A stretch of 64,000 nucleotides of DNA, taken from positions 224,001 through 288,000 of the forward strand of contig JBMNIH010000002.1 of the NCBI GenBank assembly GCA_050950825.1. Direction: 5' to 3'. A program made the translations under genes and the position numbers. Below, piece after piece: positions 58,796 through 64,000 of the stretch; within the stretch, counting starts at the first letter, position 1, and each line of letters opens with the position of its first letter. The notes beneath the pieces are model-generated. The model saw nothing but the letters and a program-made list of their open reading frames with translations. It searched no databases and was not told the origin of the DNA. Source of the DNA: Clostridia bacterium. Lineage in GTDB: Bacteria > Bacillota > Clostridia > JAAYHZ01.

Positions 58796-61579
58796 ATGGG
58801 AAAAACTAAGAGTGTTTTCTTTCACAAGGACCTTTTGAATATTATCAAAAAAAATGCATGGAACAACGCCGAAGCAAGAAACTCTTTGACGGAAAAAGCG
58901 GCTCCTTGGCTTCACATGTCGGATGACCAATTATGGAATCTGGTATTTTCATCAAGCATAAAAAGAGCCTACCATGTTCTTTCCGACGGATATTGCCCCT
59001 CTTGTCGCTGCGAAGTTCCTTTGTTCAACTGGATTATTGATGTATGGAACCGCCCATACAAGGTTCAGTGTCCGGGATGCAAGGAGTTCTTCCCGAAAAA
59101 CGATTTTTATGCCTTCTATCAATCCGGAATTGATAAAAACGGCCAATTTAACTACGATATTGCCGATCGTTCTTTGCTTATTAACCAAGAAGCAAGAAGT
59201 CCGGATGAAATCCGGTTTGGTGTTGATGACGGAAACGGCTATTCCCGGGACGGTCGTACCTGGATGTTTATTGCTTACTATATGCTTTTCGGGCATTGGA
59301 CTCGGCTTGTCATAGACGGTATTAAAAACTTAGCCAAAGCTTATGCCGCTACAGGTTATCCCGTATATGCAAGGAAAGCTTGCATTTTATTGGATCGAGT
59401 AGCTGATGTTTACCCGGATTTTGATTTCATGACACAAGGGATTATGTATGACCGGAAAAACGTGGACCACGGATATGTTTCCTATTGGTTCGTCTCTTGT
59501 CTTGAAGTTCGTGATTTGGCCATCGCCTATGACATGATTTTTGATGCCGTTAAAAACGACCGACATCTTGTATCTTTTCTTAAACAAAAGTCTGTTGAAT
59601 CAAGCTATCCGGTTACAAAGGATTCGTTCGAAAAGATACAAGAAAACATTGAAACCCGCATTTTTCGCGATGCCCTCCGCAATTCCCATAAGATTAAATC
59701 CAACGTTCCTCAGACCGATATAACCAGGTGCATGGTGGAAACGGTTCTGGAATGGCCAAATAATAAAGAAAAAATTATGGAGCAAATAGCTTCCATCACT
59801 CACCACACCACAGCCGTAGACGGAACAACAGGCGAAAAAGGATTGGTGGTGTACGGATCTCACGCCGTCTGGGGCTACTCCAATTTTATATGGTATTATG
59901 AAAACATGCAGCCGGGGTTCATCGAAGAATTATTGAAAATCCATCCGATCATCAAGGATTCCTATCGATTCTTCATCGATACTTGGTGTCTGCAAAAATA
60001 TTACCCCCGTATCGGTGACACCGGCGCATTTGCACAGCCGGATACCGAATACGCCGTATTATACTACTCCAAAGACTATTACAAGCATTCCTATTTAGAC
60101 CCAAGCATTGAAACGGTGTTGTGGAAGATGTACGAAATCACCCATGACCCGGACTTTGCAAAAATCATATACATCAGCAACGGATATACGGCAAAAGGCG
60201 CTTTCCGATTGGACATAACTCGACCGAATTTATGCAAAGCGGAAAATGCTTTGGAAGAAGTCATACGATGCAGCGGTTATTATCTCGAACAAAAAAGCGT
60301 GAATAAAGAGAATTGGCGTCTTGCTCTCCTCCATTCCGGTGAAGCGGAATACAAGAGGGCTGTGTGGCTTCATTACGACTCCGGCGGATACCACGGCCAT
60401 CATGACGGATTGACGGCGGGATTTTACGCAAAAGGTTTGGACTTGATGCCGGACTTCGGGTACCCTCCCGTACATTTAGGCTGGGATTATGGACGCAACC
60501 CAAAGTTTGCATGGTATCGATCCACAGCCGCTCATAATACGGTATCGGTAGATTGGAATGACCACGCGGCCCATGCAAAGTTTCAATCGGACATGGGAAA
60601 AATTCTTATGTGGAGTATCGGGAAAACATTTAAAGCTATATCCGCCGCTTGTCCCGAAGCCATAGGAGAAAATCGATTTGAAAGAACTCTCTTGCTTTCC
60701 GACATATCGGTAGAGGACTGTTACCTAATCGACGTTTTTCGAATAGAAGGCGGTTCGGAACACGTAAAATTTATGCGCACAACTTTCGGAAAGATAATAG
60801 AACATCCTTTTCATTTAACAGAGTTTGACGGCAGCAAATGGGATCGATACGGTTGCTTGAGGAATTTTAAGTCAGATATACCCTTTGAAGATCATTGGTA
60901 TGTTACGTGGGAAATTGACGATTCCTATTACCGTATGCATGAAGGAGATGTGCCGGTTTATTTAAAATATACCGATCTCAGCGGACCTTCGACAGTGATT
61001 TTATGCGAATCTTGGGTCGATTTGTGGAGAGGTAAAAAAGACAGCAAAGAAACTGACCGGATGGAAGATTGGATACCTACAATAATAACGAAAAAAACCG
61101 GTTCAAACGGTTTTCGCTCCGTGTTTGCTAGCGTCATAGAACCGTTTGAAGGTCGTTCTAATATTCATTCCGTCAAAAGATACGCGGTCTCGGATGCAGA
61201 AGGGAAAAATTCGGAAAATAATATTGCCATTGAAATTCTTTTGGAAAACAATTTGAAAGATTATATCGTTATTTCCGATCAAGAAAACGGAAGCGGCCAA
61301 AACCGACAAGCCTTATTTTCCGTACCTTTTTGGAAATTGGAAACCGATGCTCGAATTTGCATCGTTCGTTACAAAGCGACAATAGAAGGCACCTCGGAAA
61401 GCCTTGAACCGGTATGTATCACCATCATGGACGGAAGCTATGTAACCATGAAAAATCTCAAGGTAAAATGCTTCGGCAGAGCGAACCTTATTGAAGTTCA
61501 CATGAGTGACGGAAAACTCGATTGTAAAATCGACAGCCCGGATGGAAACACCGAGATGCCGGTGGAAATCACCTATTGA
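58796..61579 (+). CDS. Heparinase II/III-family polysaccharide-lyase-like protein
   Basis: PRIGD, GGYHGHHDGL, DFGY and AHNTV motifs; N-terminal CPSC/CPGC. Confidence 0.75.
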   Translation: MGKTKSVFFHKDLLNIIKKNAWNNAEARNSLTEKAAPWLHMSDDQLWNLVFSSSIKRAYHVLSDGYCPSCRCEVPLFNWIIDVWNRPYKVQCPGCKEFFPKNDFYAFYQSGIDKNGQFNYDIADRSLLINQEARSPDEIRFGVDDGNGYSRDGRTWMFIAYYMLFGHWTRLVIDGIKNLAKAYAATGYPVYARKACILLDRVADVYPDFDFMTQGIMYDRKNVDHGYVSYWFVSCLEVRDLAIAYDMIFDAVKNDRHLVSFLKQKSVESSYPVTKDSFEKIQENIETRIFRDALRNSHKIKSNVPQTDITRCMVETVLEWPNNKEKIMEQIASITHHTTAVDGTTGEKGLVVYGSHAVWGYSNFIWYYENMQPGFIEELLKIHPIIKDSYRFFIDTWCLQKYYPRIGDTGAFAQPDTEYAVLYYSKDYYKHSYLDPSIETVLWKMYEITHDPDFAKIIYISNGYTAKGAFRLDITRPNLCKAENALEEVIRCSGYYLEQKSVNKENWRLALLHSGEAEYKRAVWLHYDSGGYHGHHDGLTAGFYAKGLDLMPDFGYPPVHLGWDYGRNPKFAWYRSTAAHNTVSVDWNDHAAHAKFQSDMGKILMWSIGKTFKAISAACPEAIGENRFERTLLLSDISVEDCYLIDVFRIEGGSEHVKFMRTTFGKIIEHPFHLTEFDGSKWDRYGCLRNFKSDIPFEDHWYVTWEIDDSYYRMHEGDVPVYLKYTDLSGPSTVILCESWVDLWRGKKDSKETDRMEDWIPTIITKKTGSNGFRSVFASVIEPFEGRSNIHSVKRYAVSDAEGKNSENNIAIEILLENNLKDYIVISDQENGSGQNRQALFSVPFWKLETDARICIVRYKATIEGTSESLEPVCITIMDGSYVTMKNLKVKCFGRANLIEVHMSDGKLDCKIDSPDGNTEMPVEITY

Positions 61580-61810
61580 AAACGTGAATCCGTCATTTCC
61601 CGATTTACTGTTTCGGTTGATAAACCGGTATAATTGTGCAGTAAAAGGAGGTTAGTAAGGGATTTAGTTTGATATTTAATCGGAAAAACAACGGTTAGCA
61701 GGTTATTAAAAGAGTATAAAAAAAAAGAATATTTTTAATATCTTTAACCGAAACCTTAATACATAATTTTTATACTTTTATTTTATACATAAGGCGAAAG
61801 GGAGAATTAG

Positions 61811-62749
61811 ATGAAAGGACAAATTCATCTTAATGGCGAAAAACTGGACGCCATGTTGGGTAATTACTTAAAGTTCGATGTGTCCATTAATCTCCTTGTG
61901 CTCAATGTCTATTTGTTTATTGATCAATTCATCGATGATAAGTTGGATATGAGCAATAACGTAAGACATAACCACAGCAATTTCGAGCTGCAGTTTTTCC
62001 GAGAAGGAAATGCCGTCTTGGAAGTCGGCAACAACCTTCTTCCCGTTTCTCAAAACAGCCTTCTTCTTATTGCCCCCGGTGAATACCACCACCAGAAATT
62101 ATCCGAAAAATATGCTTTAAAGTATTGCCTACGTTTCGACTATATCATCACGGATCGATCGGTAAGTGTAAACAATGTGCCTTGGTGTGCCAAAATCATT
62201 AAAATCCTTACGGAATCACCTTTTCTGCATATAGATAATTGCTTCATACTCCTTGATTATTTAAACCAAATAAAAAGCGAACTTCAAAAAAAAGAATTGT
62301 TATACATCGAAAGAGTACATATTTTATTAACGGATCTTTTTATAAACATCTTTCGGTTGATTATTGATAAGCTCCACGGTCAACAACTTACCGATCAAGA
62401 TGTTGAAAGAGACGACTTGGTTTTAGACCTATTCTTTGAAGAGCTTTATTCACTACCAACGTTAACAGCAGAAGACATGGCAAAGCATATCGGTATCAGC
62501 GTACGACACTTAAATCGTATACTGAAGAAAAACTACAACCTTACGTTCCGGCAGAAACTGATAGCAACACGTATTGAAATTTCCAAAGGACTATTAATGA
62601 GCACGGACTTGTCCATCGAAAAAATTTCCGAGAAAACGGGTTTTTCTACTTCGGAGTATTTTTATAAATGCTTTAAGCGAATCACGGGAATGACTCCCGG
62701 CGAATATCGAAATAAAAGCAGGAAGGAAACGGATAGAAATAAATCATGA
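61811..62749 (+). CDS. AraC-family regulator (paralog of 55623)
   Basis: Long shared stretches, e.g. DLVLDLFFEELYS and HIGISVRHLNR. Confidence 0.9.
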   Translation: MKGQIHLNGEKLDAMLGNYLKFDVSINLLVLNVYLFIDQFIDDKLDMSNNVRHNHSNFELQFFREGNAVLEVGNNLLPVSQNSLLLIAPGEYHHQKLSEKYALKYCLRFDYIITDRSVSVNNVPWCAKIIKILTESPFLHIDNCFILLDYLNQIKSELQKKELLYIERVHILLTDLFINIFRLIIDKLHGQQLTDQDVERDDLVLDLFFEELYSLPTLTAEDMAKHIGISVRHLNRILKKNYNLTFRQKLIATRIEISKGLLMSTDLSIEKISEKTGFSTSEYFYKCFKRITGMTPGEYRNKSRKETDRNKS

Positions 62750-63325
62750 GAATTTATCTTGAATTTTTAGAAATCCTTCCGGCTTTATCAATAAGTGAAC
62801 TTGCTTCGATACAAAAACTGCCGTTACCGGGTTACGATTGAAATCCGAAGAATATGCCAAGAATCAGGTTCGATGATAAAGACAGACCGAATGTTAAAAT
62901 TTTGGTAGTACTATGCGAAAGCAAACCTGTAGACTTTTTGCAAGTAAACTAAATCTACTATTACAACAAGGTATTCCTAAAAGTCGATTTCATCGCCGTT
63001 TTGCCTGGGTTTAGAAAAAGCGGATTGGGATTGGTTTTGCTAAGATATTTAAAACGGTTATTGTCCGACCCGATACCCGGTCATAAGTACATGGGAATGA
63101 TCGGATTGACGGAAGTCGAGAATTCGTTAGATCCATTTTCCTAAAAACGCCTTCTTCTATACTCAAAACTAGGAGCACAAATACATCGAGATTTAGTAAA
63201 TAAAACACCGGATTATCCCGATGCTTATGTTGTTTTTTACCCTGCTTCGAAGTCCTATTCCGACATTTCCACACCGGTTCTTGCATGGCAAATATGGAGA
63301 ATTTCACAGTATACGATAAAGCAAC

Positions 63326-64000
63326 TCAAAGAATATGTCGTTGATTTTGATTACAAGCATGTAAGAGCGGAATGGCAAAATATAAATAGCAATGAAAAAT
63401 CGGCATGATCTTTGATCGTTGCAATTTATAATAATCGATTAATTCATCGATATGTTTTTTGTATTCTTCCAACAAGTCGGCTTGATCGAGCATTTCTCTT
63501 AAGTCGTTCTTGATCCGGTCGGCCGTAACCCGGCTTTCCGGATCCTCTAGAAAATGATCCAAAACGGATTGTAAGTATTCGGTACGCTTTTGCATACTTC
63601 GCCTTTGGTTATCTGTCAGTTTCAATAAATCAAATGCATCTTTGTTCTGCACGGATACAATCGCCTTGTATAACGGTGGGAATTCGGCTTTCTTGGCTAG
63701 GTTTTTGTATTCGTCTGTCCGGTCAAAGGCTTGGTTGTTGAAAGGAAATAACCGGTTCGAAAAATTGGCAATTAAATTGTGAAACAGGTATACGGTTAGC
63801 CCGTCTTTATTATAAGTGATGATATCATTAACAAAACGATAACCGGAAAGCACCCCTTTATCCGTACCGAAAGTTAATAAATCCGCGACTTCTTCATCGG
63901 TAAACAGCCAATTGACAAAACTTAATGCTTTTTCAGGTTGGTTACATGTATAGGGTACAAAAATCGGTTGAATGCTCAAAATATTTCTATAAACGGTGTT
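63326..64000 (-). CDS. C-terminal part of a probable solute-binding-protein-like gene, partial at the right edge
   Basis: Frame is open to 64000; PEKALSFVNWLF..DLLTFG resembles SBP C-termini. Confidence 0.5.
   Translation of the reverse strand, partial: NTVYRNILSIQPIFVPYTCNQPEKALSFVNWLFTDEEVADLLTFGTDKGVLSGYRFVNDIITYNKDGLTVYLFHNLIANFSNRLFPFNNQAFDRTDEYKNLAKKAEFPPLYKAIVSVQNKDAFDLLKLTDNQRRSMQKRTEYLQSVLDHFLEDPESRVTADRIKNDLREMLDQADLLEEYKKHIDELIDYYKLQRSKIMPIFHCYLYFAIPLLHACNQNQRHIL

Noticed and set aside
62760-63310. 98-aa ORF and surrounding non-coding DNA
   Set aside because: No recognisable motif, convincing SD or RNA structure; left unannotated.

Overview
A 64-kb chromosomal segment from a Clostridia-like (Bacillota) anaerobe. 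It holds housekeeping genes (citrate synthase with a GntR regulator, SSB, an S41 protease, five tRNAs, a short GuaA) and a six-gene polyamine operon (speD, Arg decarboxylase, speE, speB, CASDH, nspC) preceded by a large structured attenuator RNA that resembles the ldcC motif. There is also a glycan-scavenging accessory region (GH29 fucosidase, BNR/sialidase-like proteins, a clan-D GH, a heparinase II/III-like lyase, ceramidase-like proteins, four orphan solute-binding lipoproteins, duplicated AraC regulators). Insertion sequences are numerous: an IS1634-family element with a 184-bp target duplication carrying truncated IS21 and IS3 elements, four ISLre2-family elements, and an IS1182 remnant. 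Main observations: (1) two unrelated ISLre2 elements share an architecture in which a 5' hairpin hides the transposase RBS and a 3'-end sequence could unlock it only in the excised circle; (2) the ISLre2 elements carry 3' structured RNAs; (3) the polyamine leader RNA is followed by a hairpin separating the SD from the start codon; (4) ISLre2 insertions sit 15-17 bp from sigma-A promoters, one of which is a cryptic antisense promoter in IS1182; (5) differences between IS copies create CCGG sites. All structures and alignments were read by eye; nothing was computed or searched.
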